A stretch of 64,000 nucleotides of DNA from Balanoglossus misakiensis (taxonomy: Eukaryota > Animalia > Hemichordata), in assembly GCA_040954595.2 (NCBI GenBank), contig CM082598.2, positions 6,029,097-6,093,096 of the forward strand, written 5' to 3'. Positions 42,201 through 54,809 of the stretch are shown here, one piece after another. The notes below the pieces were generated by a model. The model searched no databases and had not been told where the DNA came from. It saw nothing but the letters and a program-made list of their open reading frames with translations. Within the stretch, counting starts at the first letter, position 1. Every line of letters starts with the position of its first letter. Both the position numbers and the translations under genes were made by a program.

Positions 42201-45200
42201 CAAGCTCAATGATGCATCAGAGTAGATGGTGATGCAAACACTTCACTTTGACATGGGTATTAAATGCATATGGGGATTTCAAGTTGTTGAAAAATCCGTA
42301 GGTTAATACGTGTCCAAAAGCACTGTACTTTGACATTGCTAATGCAACGATGACATTGAATCTGATTCTTTGCATCAGGGTAAATGGCGAAGCAAGCTTT
42401 ATGATGCATCAGAGTAGATGGTGATGCAAGCTCTGCACTTTGACGTAGGTTTTCAATGCATATGCATGGGTATTTAAAGTTGACTGTAAATCCCTGGGTT
42501 AATACATGGCCAAAAGCACTGAAGTAGCTAATGCATCAGTGATTTTAATTCTGATCTTTTGCATCAGGGTAAAAGGCGAAGCAAGCTTGATGATGCATCT
42601 GGGTAGATGGTGTTTCAAGCCCTTCACTTTGACATTAGAATATAATGCATATGTGGATTTAAAGTTGATAGTAAATCCCCAGTTTAATACGTGTCCAAAA
42701 GCACTGTACTTTGACATTGCTAATGCAACGATGACATTGAATCTGATTCTTTGCATCAGGGTAAATGGCGTGGCAAGCTTTATGATGCATCAGGGTAGAT
42801 AGTGATGCACACACTTCACTTTGACATGGGTATTAAATGCATATGGGGATTTCAAGTTGATGATAAATCCCTGGGTTAATAAGTGTCCAAAAGCACTGTA
42901 TTTTGACATTGCTAATGCAACGATGACATTGAATCTGATTCTTTGCATCAGGGTAAATGGCGAAGCAAGCTTTATGATGCATCAGGGTAGATATGCAAAC
43001 ACTTCACTTTGACATGGGTATTAAATGCATATGGGGATTTCAAGTTGATGATAAATCCCTGGGTTAATACGTGTCCAAAAGCACTGTACCTTGACACTGC
43101 TAATGCAACAATGACATTGAATCTGATTCTTTGCATCAGGGTAAATGGCGAAGCAAGGTTGATGATGCATCTGGGTAGATAGTGATGCAAACACTTCACT
43201 TTGACATGGGTATTAAATGCATTTGGGGATTTCAAGTTGTTGAAAAATCTGTGGGTTAATACGTGTCCAATAGCACTGTACTTTGACATTGCTAATGCAA
43301 CGATGACATAGATTCTGATTCTTTGCATCAGGGTAAATGGCGTGGCAAGCTTTATGATGCATCAGGGTAGATAGTGATGCACACACTTCACTTTGACATG
43401 GGTATTAAATGCATATGGGGATTTCAAGTTGATGATAGATCCCTGGGTTAATACGTGTCCAAAAGCACTGTACTTTGACATTGCTAATGCAACAATGACA
43501 TTGAATCTGATTCTTTGCATCAGGGTAAATGGCGAAGCAAGGTTGATGATGCATCAGGGTAGATAGTGATGCAAGCTCTGCAGTTTGACATGGGTATAAA
43601 ATGCCTATAGGGGGATTTAAAGTTGTCTGTAAATCCCCAAGTTAATACCTGGCGGAAAGCACTGTACTTTGACATTGCTAATGCAATGGTCACATTGAAT
43701 GTGATTCTTTGCATTAGGGCAAATGGCGAAGCAAGCTCAATGATGCATCAGAGTAGATGGTGATGCAAACACTTCACTTTGACATGGGTATTAAATGCAT
43801 ATGGGGATTTCAAGTTGTTGAAAAATCCGTAGGTTAATACGTGTCCAAAAGCACTGTACTTTGACATTGCTAATGCAACGATGACATTGAATCTGATTCT
43901 TTGCATCAGGGTAAATGGCGAAGCAAGCTTGATGATGCATCTGGGTAGATGGTGTTTCAAGCCCTTCACTTTGACATTGGAATATAATGCATATTTGGAT
44001 TTAAAGTTGATAGTAAATCCCCAGTTTAATACGTGTCCAAAAGCACTGTACTTTGACATTGCTAATGCAACGATGACATTGAATCTGATTCTTTGCATCA
44101 GGGTAAATGGCGTGGCAAGCTTTATGATGCATCAGGGTAGATAGTGATGCACACATTTCACTTTGACATTGGTATTAAATGCATATGGGGATTTCAAGTT
44201 GATGATAAATCCCTGGGTTAATACGTGTCCAAAAGCACTGTACTTTGACATTGCTAATGCAATGATGACATTGAATCTGATTCTTTGCATCAGGGTAAAT
44301 GGCGAAGCAAGCTTTATGATGCATCATGGTAGATAGTGATGCAAACACTTCACTTTGACATGGGTATTAAATGCATATGGGGATTTTAAGTTGATGATAA
44401 ATCCCTGGGTTAATACGTGTCCAAAAGCACTATACTTTGACATTGCTAATGCAACGATTACATTGAATCTGATTCTTTGCATCAAGGTAAATGGCGAAGC
44501 AAGCTTTATGATGCATCTGGGTAGATATGCACACACTTCACTTTGACATGGGTATTAAATGCATATGGGGATTTCAAGTTGATGATAAATCCCTGGGTTA
44601 ATAAGTGTCCAAAAGCACTGTACCTAGACATTGCTAATGCAACAATGACATTGAATCTGATTCTTTGCATCAGGGTAAATGGCGAAGCAAGGTTGATGAT
44701 GCATCAGGGTAGATAGTGATGCAAGCTCTGCACTTTGACATGGGTATAAAATGCCTATAGGGGGATTTAAAGTTGTCTGTAAATCCCCAAGTTAATACCT
44801 GGCGGAAAGCACTGTACTTTGACATTGCTAATGCAATGGTGACATTGAATGTGATTCTTTGCATTAGGGCAAATGGCGAAGCAAGCTCAATGATGCATCA
44901 GAGTAGATGGTGATGCAAACACTTCACTTTAACATGGGTATTAAATGCATATGGGGATTTCAAGTTGTTGAAAAATCCGTAGGTTAATACGTGTCCAAAA
45001 GCACTGTACTTTGACACTGCTAATGCAACGATGACATTGAATCTGATTCTTTGCATCAGGGTAAATGGCGAAACAAGCTTTATGATGCATCAGAGTAGAT
45101 GGTGATGCAAGCTCTGCACTTTGACATAGGTTTTCAATGCATATGCATGGGTGTTTAAAGTTGACTGTAAATCCCTGGGTTAAAACATGGCCAAAAGCAC

Positions 45201-48200
45201 TGAAGTAGCTAATGCATCAGTGATTTTAATTCTGATCTTTTGCATCAGGGTAAAAGGCAAAGCAAGCTTGATGATGCATCTGGGTAGATGGTGTTTCAAG
45301 CCCTTCACTTTGACATTGGAATATAATGCATATTTGGATTTAAAGTTGATTGTAAATCCCCAGTTTAATACGTGTCCAAAAGCACTGTACTTTGACATTG
45401 CTAATGCAACGATGACATTGAATCTGATTCTTTGCATCAGGGTAAATGGCGTGGCAAGCTTTATGATGCATCAGGGTAGATAGTGATGCACACATTTCAC
45501 TTTGACATTGGTATTAAATGCATATGGGGATTTCAAGTTGATGATAAATCCCTGGGTTAATACGTGTCCAAAAGCACTGTACCTTGACACTGCTAATGCA
45601 ACAATGACATTGAATCTGATTCTTTGCATCAGGGTAAATGGCGAAGCAAGGTTGATGATGCATCTGGGTAGATAGTGATGCAAACACTTCACTTTGACAT
45701 GGGTATTAAATGCATTTGGGGATTTCAAGTTGTTGAAAAATCTGTGGGTTAATACGTGTCCAATAGCACTGTACTTTGACATTGCTAATGCAACGATGAC
45801 ATAGATTCTGATTCTTTGCATCAGGGTAAATGGCGTGGCAAGCTTTATGATGCATCAGGGTAGATAGTGATGCACACACTTCACTTTGACATGGGTATTA
45901 AATGCATATGGGGATTTCAAGTTGATGATAGATCCCTGGGTTAATACGTGTCCAAAAGCACTGTACTTTGACATTGCTAATGCAACAATGACATTGAATC
46001 TGATTCTTTGCATCAGGGTAAATGGCGAAGCAAGGTTGATGATGCATCAGGGTAGATAGTGATGCAAGCTCTGCAGTTTGACATGGGTATAAAATGCCTA
46101 TAGGGGGATTTAAAGTTGTCTGTAAATCCCCAAGTTAATACCTGGCGGAAAGCACTGTACTTTGACATTGCTAATGCAATGGTCACATTGAATGTGATTC
46201 TTTGCATTAGGGCAAATGGCGAAGCAAGCTCAATGATGCATCAGAGTAGATGGTGATGCAAACACTTCACTTTGACATGGGTATTAAATGCATATGGGGA
46301 TTTCAAGTTGTTGAAAAATCCGTAGGTTAATACGTGTCCAAAAGCACTGTACTTTGACATTGCTAATGCAACGATGACATTGAATCTGATTCTTTGCATC
46401 AGGGTAAATGGCGAAGCAAGCTTGATGATGCATCTGGGTAGATGGTGTTTCAAGCCCTTCACTTTGACATTGGAATATAATGCATATTTGGATTTAAAGT
46501 TGATAGTAAATCCCCAGTTTAATACGTGTCCAAAAGCACTGTACTTTGACATTGCTAATGCAACGATGACATTGAATCTGATTCTTTGCATCAGGGTAAA
46601 TGGCGTGGCAAGCTTTATGATGCATCAGGGTAGATAGTGATGCACACATTTCACTTTGACATTGGTATTAAATGCATATGGGGATTTCAAGTTGATGATA
46701 AATCCCTGGGTTAATACGTGTCCAAAAGCACTGTACTTTGACATTGCTAATGCAATGATGACATTGAATCTGATTCTTTGCATCAGGGTAAATGGCGAAG
46801 CAAGCTTTATGATGCATCATGGTAGATAGTGATGCAAACACTTCACTTTGACATGGGTATTAAATGCATATGGGGATTTTAAGTTGATGATAAATCCCTG
46901 GGTTAATACGTGTCCAAAAGCACTATACTTTGACATTGCTAATGCAACGATTACATTGAATCTGATTCTTTGCATCAAGGTAAATGGCGAAGCAAGCTTT
47001 ATGATGCATCTGGGTAGATATGCACACACTTCACTTTGACATGGGTATTAAATGCATATGGGGATTTCAAGTTGATGATAAATCCCTGGGTTAATAAGTG
47101 TCCAAAAGCACTGTACCTAGACATTGCTAATGCAACAATGACATTGAATCTGATTCTTTGCATCAGGGTAAATGGCGAAGCAAGGTTGATGATGCATCAG
47201 GGTAGATAGTGATGCAAGCTCTGCACTTTGACATGGGTATAAAATGCCTATAGGGGGATTTAAAGTTGTCTGTAAATCCCCAAGTTAATACCTGGCGGAA
47301 AGCACTGTACTTTGACATTGCTAATGCAATGGTGACATTGAATGTGATTCTTTGCATTAGGGCAAATGGCGAAGCAAGCTCAATGATGCATCAGAGTAGA
47401 TGGTGATGCAAACACTTCACTTTAACATGGGTATTAAATGCATATGGGGATTTCAAGTTGTTGAAAAATCCGTAGGTTAATACGTGTCCAAAAGCACTGT
47501 ACTTTGACACTGCTAATGCAACGATGACATTGAATCTGATTCTTTGCATCAGGGTAAATGGCGAAACAAGCTTTATGATGCATCAGAGTAGATGGTGATG
47601 CAAGCTCTGCACTTTGACATAGGTTTTCAATGCATATGCATGGGTGTTTAAAGTTGACTGTAAATCCCTGGGTTAAAACATGGCCAAAAGCACTGAAGTA
47701 GCTAATGCATCAGTGATTTTAATTCTGATCTTTTGCATCAGGGTAAAAGGCAAAGCAAGCTTGATGATGCATCTGGGTAGATGGTGTTTCAAGCCCTTCA
47801 CTTTGACATTGGAATATAATGCATATTTGGATTTAAAGTTGATTGTAAATCCCCAGTTTAATACGTGTCCAAAAGCACTGTACTTTGACATTGCTAATGC
47901 AACGATGACATTGAATCTGATTCTTTGCATCAGGGTAAATGGCGTGGCAAGCTTTATGATGCATCAGGGTAGATAGTGATGCACACATTTCACTTTGACA
48001 TTGGTATTAAATGCATATGGGGATTTCAAGTTGATGATAAATCCCTGGGTTAATACGTGTCCAAAAGCACTGTACTTTGACATTGCTAATGCAATGATGA
48101 CATTGAATCTGATTCTTTGCATCAGGGTAAATGGCGAAGCAAGCTTTATGATGCATCATGGTAGATAGTGATGCAAACACTTCACTTTGACATGGGTATT

Positions 48201-50742
48201 AAATGCATATGGGGATTTTAAGTTGATGTTAAATCCCTGGGTTAATACGTGTCCAAAAGCACTATACTTTGACATTGCTAATGCAACGATTACATTGAAT
48301 CTGATTCTTTGCATCGAGGTAAATGGCGAAGCAAGCTTTATGATGCATCTGGGTAGATATGCACACACTTCACTTTGACATGGGTATTAAATGCATATGG
48401 GGATTTCAAGTTGATGATAAATCCCTGGGTTAAGTTGATTGTAAATCCCCAGTTTAATACGTGGCCAAAAGCACTGTAATTTGTCATTGCTAATGCAATA
48501 GTGACCATAAATCTAATTCTTTGATCAGGGCAATTTGTCAAGCATGCTTGATGATGTATCAGCGTCAATGGTGATGCAATCGCTTAACTTGGACACCAGG
48601 GTTCAAAATGCATATAGGGGGATTAAAGGATGACTGAAAATTCCTGGGTTATTACATGGAGGAAAGCACTGTACTTTGACATTGCTAATGCAATGGTGAC
48701 ATTAAATGTGATTCTTTGCATTAGGGCAAATGTTGAAGCAAGCTTAATGATGCATCAGAGTAGATGGTGATGCAAGCTCTGCACTTTGACATGGGTATTA
48801 AATGCATATGGGGATTTCTAGCTGATGATAAATCCTTGGGTTAATACGTGTCCAAAAGCACTGTAATTTGACATTGCTAGTGCAATGGTGATATTGAAGG
48901 ACTGATTCTTTGCATCAGGATAGATGGTGATGCAAGCTCTGCACTTTGACATGGAAATAAAATGCGTACAGGGGGATTTAAAGTTGTCTGTAAATCCCAA
49001 GGTTAATACGTGGCCAAAAGCACTCAAATTTGACATTGCTAATGCAACGATGACATTGAATCTGATTATTTGCATCAGGGCAAATGGCGAAGCAAGCTTT
49101 ATGATGCATCAGAGTAGATGGTGATGCAAGCTCTGCACATTGACATAGGTATTTAATGCATATGCATGGGTATTTAAAGCTTTCTGTAAATCCCCAGGTT
49201 AATACGTGGCCAAAAGCACTGTAATTTAAAATTGCTAATGCAAGGGTGATATTAAATCTGATTCTTTTCATCAGGGCAAATGGTGAAGAATGCTTGATGA
49301 TGCATCAGGGTCAATGGTGATGCAATTGCTTAACTTTGACACCAGGGTATAAAATGCGTACAGGGGGATTTAAATTTCTGTAAATCCCTGGGTTAATACG
49401 TGGCGGAAAGCACTGCTCTTTGACATTGCTAATGCAACGATGACATTGAATCTGATTCTTCACATCAGGGTAAAGGCGAATCAAGGTTGATGATGCATCA
49501 GGGTAGATAGTGATGCAAACACTTCACTTTAACATGGGTATTAAATGCGTATGGGGATTTCAAGTTGATGATAAATCCCTGGGTTAATACGTGTCCAAAA
49601 GCACTGTACTTTGACATTGCTAATGCAATGGTGACATTGAATGTGATTCTTTGCATTAGGGCAAATGGCGAAGCAAGCTTAATGATGGATCAGAGTAGAT
49701 GGTGATGCAAGCTCTGCACTTTGACATAGGTATTTAATGTATTTGCATGGGTATTTAATGTTGACTGAAAATTCCTGGGTTAATACGTGTCCAAAAGCAC
49801 TGTAATTTGACATTGCTAATGCAATTGTGACATTGAATGTGATTCTTTGTATCAGGGTAAATGGTGAAGAATGCTTGATGATGCATCAGGGTCAATGGTG
49901 ATGCAATTGCTTAACTTTGACACCAGGGTATAAAATGCGTACAGGGGGATTTAAATTTCTGTAAATCCCTGGGTTAATACGTGGCGGAAAGCACTGTACT
50001 TTGACATTGCTAATGCAACGATGACATTGAATCTGATTCTTCGCATCAGGGTAAAGGCGAATCAAGGTTGATGATGCATCAGGGTAGATAGTGATGCAAA
50101 CACTTCACTTTAACATGGGTATTAAATGCATATGGGGATTTCAAGTTGATGATAAATCCCTGGGTTAATACGTGTCCAAAAGCACTGTACTTTGACATTG
50201 CTAATATAATGGTGACATTGAATGTGATTCTTTGCATTAGGGCAAATGGCGATGAAAAAGCTCAATGATACATCAGAGTAGATAGTGATGCAAACTCTGC
50301 ACTTTCACATGGGTATTTAATGTTTAATGTAAATCCCTAGGTTAATACGTGGCCAAAAGCACTGTAATTTGACATTGCTAATGCAATGATGACATTTAAT
50401 CTGATTCTTTGCATCAGGGTAAATGACGAAACAAGCTTGATGATGCATCAGGGTAGATAGTGATGCAAACACTTCGCTTTGACATGGGTATAAAATGCAT
50501 ATTCGGATTTAAGTTGATTATAAATCCTTGGGTTAATACGTGTCCAAAAGCACTGTAATTTGACATTGTTAATGCAATGGAGCCATTGAATGTGATTCTT
50601 TGCATTAGGGCAAATGCTGAAGAATGCTTGATAATGCACCAGGGTCAATGGTGATGCAATCACTAAACTTTGACACTGGGGGTTTAAATGCATACAGGGG
50701 GATTAAAAGTTGACTGAAAATCCCTGGGTTAATACGTGTCCA
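21291..50742 (+). repeat. Satellite DNA array, 192-bp monomer (188- and 194-bp variants), ~148 monomers, with local higher-order repeats
   Basis: Monomer CACTTTGACATGGGTATTAAATGCATATGGGGATTTCAAGTTGATGATAAATCCCTGGGTTAATACGTGTCCAAAAGCACTGTACTTTGACATTGCTAATGCAACGATGACATTGAATCTGATTCTTTGCATCAGGGTAAATGGCGAAGCAAG...GATGCATCAGGGTAGATAGTGATGCAAACACTT is repeated head-to-tail. ORF-track offsets give 192-multiple periods. Confidence 0.98.
31729..32714. mobile_element. 986-bp non-autonomous DNA transposon, TTAA TSD, Kolobok-like, inserted in the satellite
   Basis: TTAA at 31725-31728 and 32715-32718. Perfect 17-bp TIR GGTAGTTGGAAAGGCTA/TAGCCTTTCCAACTACC. Flanks rejoin as the monomer motif CCCTGGG-TTAA-TACATGTCC. 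Confidence 0.93.
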
Positions 50743-51860
50743 CATTGTAAGCAATAGACAGGCAGAAAATGTTAACTTGATGTTAGGTTAGCTAAACCTC
50801 CCCACCCCATCCAAATTCCAAATTTAGCTATTAGTGAGATCATGGGGTGAGAGGAGGAGAGGACAGTTTTTTTCCTCTTTTGTAACTGGTCTGAGGTTTT
50901 TTAACTACCCTTTAGGCGCGTAAATAAGATATGCTATCATACATGTAGTTATCTTGCTTTATTTCAAAACAATTATGAAAGTGCTGTGCAAGATTATGTA
51001 CACAACAGTGTGTTATATAATGCTAACCTAAAAGTACAAGTAACCCACTTGCCCACCACTGTATTATGTGCATAATTAGCAGATGCTATGTTTGACCACA
51101 TGACACCTTGTTTCAAAAAGAGCAGAAAATATATTGATTAATTTCTATCAGTTTAACTACATGATACCTTGTTTCAAATTGGCCTGCAAGATATACTACA
51201 TGAACCCCCACCCCTCAGTATTTAAGGATTAATCCCTTAAGGCGTCTTCTGATGTCAGGTGGTTCAAATCTATTGGGGCCCGTTGTGGTCAAAATTGTAG
51301 TTTATTAATAAAACGTATTAGAATTAATTTTATAGAGCCTGGAATTGATTTTACCAGTATATAGAATAACTTTTCATTGGTGTTCATATATGGCGAATAA
51401 AACATGCATATTCATATTCTCAAATTTCAGAAATGAATAATTGGAAGTAGATGCTTTTCGATATGTCATTATAAAACAACTTCAATCCTATTTTACCCGC
51501 TTAACTCAAAATGTTGTGTTTAAATTGACCATGAGTACGTCTTTTTCACTCTGCATTAATGTTTCCCCCAAATTGTACAACCGCGAGTCTTGTGATCAGG
51601 ATTCTGACGTCTAAGAAGCACGGGAATTGATCATGAGAACTTAGATCTGGGAGCTGACAAACGTGAGTTTTTGGAAATTCAAAGAGCCTAATTTGCATGT
51701 TTCCACATTTTCTTAAACTCTGATTAGGAGCTAAACAAGGCATCATATGGAAAGGTCATTGTGCCACATATATGGAAAGGGCAGTATGCCACATTAAATC
51801 ATAGTCCAGTGGTTAGAGCATCAGACTCATTGTCGAAGGACCAAGGGTTCTGACCCTGGC
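50741..51860 (+). repeat. Right copy of ~1.1-kb direct repeat flanking the satellite; start of a ~3.2-kb old unit (50741-53940)
   Basis: Begins CACATTGTA...GACAGGCAGAAAATGTTA like 20200. A third start of the same unit is at ~53940 (ACACTGTACGCGGCAGACATGCAGAAAATATTA). Confidence 0.88.
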
Positions 51861-52150
51861 ACGGTTGTGGTGTTGTGTCCTCTGGCAAGGCAATTTACAT
51901 CTCCTTGCCTCTCCCCGCCAAAGAGAAAAGGGTAATTTGTTGGATCAGAGATTGTAATGTGTATATTTAGGTCTGCTGTGCTGATGTAACAGCTGCACAT
52001 GTGAGCTGTTGTTTGCTCCCCATGGAGTGGAATGGAATATTTTATGTCCAACGACCTAGGTCAAATGACCATGGGAAACACTTTAAAGCATGTTGAGATT
52101 TATCGTGTAAAGTGCTATATAAGTAATAAATATTATATTAATATTATTAC
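51799..52150 (+). mobile_element. tRNA-derived SINE (~350 bp), degenerate
   Basis: A box TAGTCCAGTGG (51802-51812) followed by TTAGAGCATCAGAC. B-box-like GGTTCTGACCC (51846-51856). Conserved-core-like TTGTGTCCTCTGGCAAGGCAATTTAC. 3' tail GTAAAGTGCTATATAAG plus ATT-rich end. Confidence 0.7.
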
Positions 52151-52159
52151 ATAAACAAG

Positions 52160-53350
52160 ACTCTTACTTAGCATAGGAATTGGTCAGGTGAACTATATTC
52201 GCAGAGCTGACCAATTGTTTAAGTAAAATTCAAGTTGGGTAATATGGACATATTCACATTTACAAACTGTGTTATGTATGGGATAGTGATGTTGCCTAAT
52301 TTGAACGTCTCCACATTTACTTGAATTCTAGTAGTAGCTAAACAAGGCAGCCTATAAAAAGATCATTGTGAAACATACACAACACTTTTTATTGAGCATG
52401 GGAAATGTTAATGAGAACTGTGTTCTCGGAGCTCACAAACTGTGTTATGGGAAATTCAAGCTGCTAAACTTGCATGTCTCTACATTTACTGAAATTCTGA
52501 TTATGAGCTAAATAAGGCAATGTATGGGAATGTCATTTTACCGCATACTGTCACACAACATTTCTATTTAGCATGGGAAATAGTCTTAAGAACAGTATTC
52601 TCAGAGTTGACAAACTGTGTTATGTGTAGGATATTCAAGTTGCCTAATTGACAATTGTTAGCAACCAGTTGTCTTCAAGAAGGTTTGGGGCACCAACCTC
52701 AACATGCTATATTCTCACTACATTTAGGTACCCAGGTATGCTAGATGGTTTTAGTGATCTATAAAGTTACCTTGTATATTGAGCAACTGTTAACTTGGAG
52801 TGTTGCTCAATGATAGGAAAGTCCTTTGTTCATTTTCAAAGTGAAAACCAAAAATGTGAACAAAACACACTGAGTTATGTATGGGATATTGATGTTGCCT
52901 AATGTGCATGTCGCCACATTTACTTAAACTCTAAAAGGGAGACAAATGTCGCAGCAGAGGGAAAAATAATTATGCCACACGCAACACATTTATTGAGCAT
53001 GGGAAATGTTCATGAGAACTGTCTTATGAGAATTCTCAGGGCTCACAAACTGTGTTATAGGAAATATGACAAGGAATCCAAACTGTACCACAAACACAAC
53101 ACTGTTATTTAGCCTGGGAAATGGTCCTGAGAACAATATTCTCAGAGTTGACAAACTGTGTTATGTGCATTATATTGATGTTGTCTAATTTGCACGCCTG
53201 TACATTTATTAATACTCGGACAGTGAGCTTAATAACACAGCGCCGGCTAAGGTCATGTTGCCATGTACACAACATTTTTAATTAGCATAGGTAATGGTCA
53301 TGATAACTTCATTTTCAGAGCTGTCAAACTGTGTTATGTGAAATTCATGT
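52160..53350 (+). repeat. Highly diverged tandem repeat (~115-220-bp spacing)
   Basis: Recurring GCATGGGAAATG..ATGAGAAC...CTCAGAG(C/T)T(G/C)ACAAACTGTGTTATG at ~52171, 52397, 52571, 52997, 53112, 53285. Related motif at ~21100 and ~51620. Confidence 0.7.
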
Positions 53351-54317
53351 TGTCTTTTTCGTGATGATGGCTTGTGGTACACAAGGGTTAACATCAATCA
53401 GCAATTGCTTGTATGAAGGGTATGATGATTGGTTTACAAATGTGAATGGTATAATAATGGGCAACACACGTGGAAGGGTTTAATAAACAGTTAACAAATG
53501 TGATGATGGTTTGCGGTAAAATTGAGTGTACACAGATTATAATGGGCCAAAACAATGAGTATAATAAAGATTACTGCACTGTGCGTGTCCCGCACTTTGG
53601 CCCCACACTCTTGTATTTTCGACACCCTTACATACCTTTTAATGATGGTGAAGGGTTTTATGTGAATGGTGTAATAAAGGTTAACAAACGTGGTGATAGC
53701 TTTGGTGTACAGGCTGTAAATATTGATAGTAATGACAAAGGTATAATCATAATAAAAGCTTAAATAAGTGTCGGGGTATACTCATCATGATGGTTCGTTC
53801 ATTGGTTAATGTGTATATTTTATGAATAACATGCTATTGTTTCTCAGATAGTTCATAATCAGGATTTTTCAATGCACATCGTCATCATGATTCAGTGGAA
53901 TTCTTCGGAATGGTACCCATGATCATTGTCACGCACCGACACACTGTACGCGGCAGACATGCAGAAAATATTAACAGGTAACTCGCAGGCATAATGTTAA
54001 ATCTAAACGACTATATGTTAGGTTAGCTTCAACTCCCCACCCCATCCAAATTCCACATTTAGCTTGCTGTGAGGTTTTGGGGTAGTACAGATTGGGAAAC
54101 TTCAAGGTTCATTCACTGTATCAAATATTGGATTTGTCACACTGTGTCTGGGGTGGGTAAAACATGGAGAAATGTTGTCAGTAAACTTTAACCAGGCAGG
54201 TCACATGAAAGGAAGATTTTATCGTTTGAGTTCGATGACATACATGATAAGATTTGTCACTTTTGACACCTTTTTGCAATTTGACTTAGACGCAGATGTA
54301 TCTTTTCATTTGGACAC

Positions 54318-54547
54318 TGTTATGTTTACTGACTCGGTGAAATCAGGTAACGTTTTGTGTAACTCGTTTAATGAGAAACTTCAACTGGAACACGAACACA
54401 ACAACTGTACGTTCTGCTAGTACGAGATGGCAGCCATGAACGCGGGAAAAACATGACCTTACAATGTCATATAAACTCTGCTAGAGGGCGCTCTATCAAA
54501 GCATTGCATGTGGTATGCTATAGTGAGATTATAGGCATATCATAACA
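54318..54547 (-). mobile_element. 3' LTR (230 bp) of a Gypsy retrotransposon
   Basis: TGTTATG...CATAACA terminal inverted repeat. Immediately preceded on the minus strand by the polypurine tract AAGGAGGGGGA. Contains minus-strand TTTATAT and ATTAAA signals. No matching 5' LTR seen in the window. Confidence 0.8.
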
Positions 54548-54558
54548 TCCCCCTCCTT
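54548..54558 (-). promoter_or_regulatory. Polypurine tract (PPT) of the Gypsy element
   Basis: Minus strand AAGGAGGGGGA directly abutting the TG of the LTR, ~250 bp downstream of the integrase stop. Confidence 0.85.
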
Positions 54559-54809
54559 AAGCTGGATAGCAAACTTGTGAAAAGTGTATCGCGATAAATG
54601 TTCAGACACAGAGTCCATAATGTTCTATCAACTGAGAGTTCCTATCAGTCCATGAATTCATGCAAACAGTGTTCATTGTAATGTTCAAATAACGCTAAAG
54701 TTTTGACGCTGGGAATAACACCAACACTGTGAAATGTACTGCAAGTTTTTCAGCTTTGTGAAATGTTTTAACAAGAATGCAACATCAACAACTAATGGTC
54801 TCTGATGAT

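Noticed and set aside
21291-50742. CRISPR-like array or repeat-protein gene suggested by the many similar ORFs
   Set aside because: Whole 192-bp units repeat with no unique spacers and no cas genes. Frame-breaking 188/194/138-bp monomers and recurrent stops show a satellite.
20200-51860. The 1.1-kb direct repeats as LTRs of a giant retroelement
   Set aside because: No TG...CA ends, PBS, PPT or TSD. A third partial copy at ~53940 shows they belong to an older tandem unit.
51799-51870. Functional tRNA gene
   Set aside because: Degenerate T-arm/B box, no convincing acceptor stem, and it continues into a SINE core and AT-rich tail.
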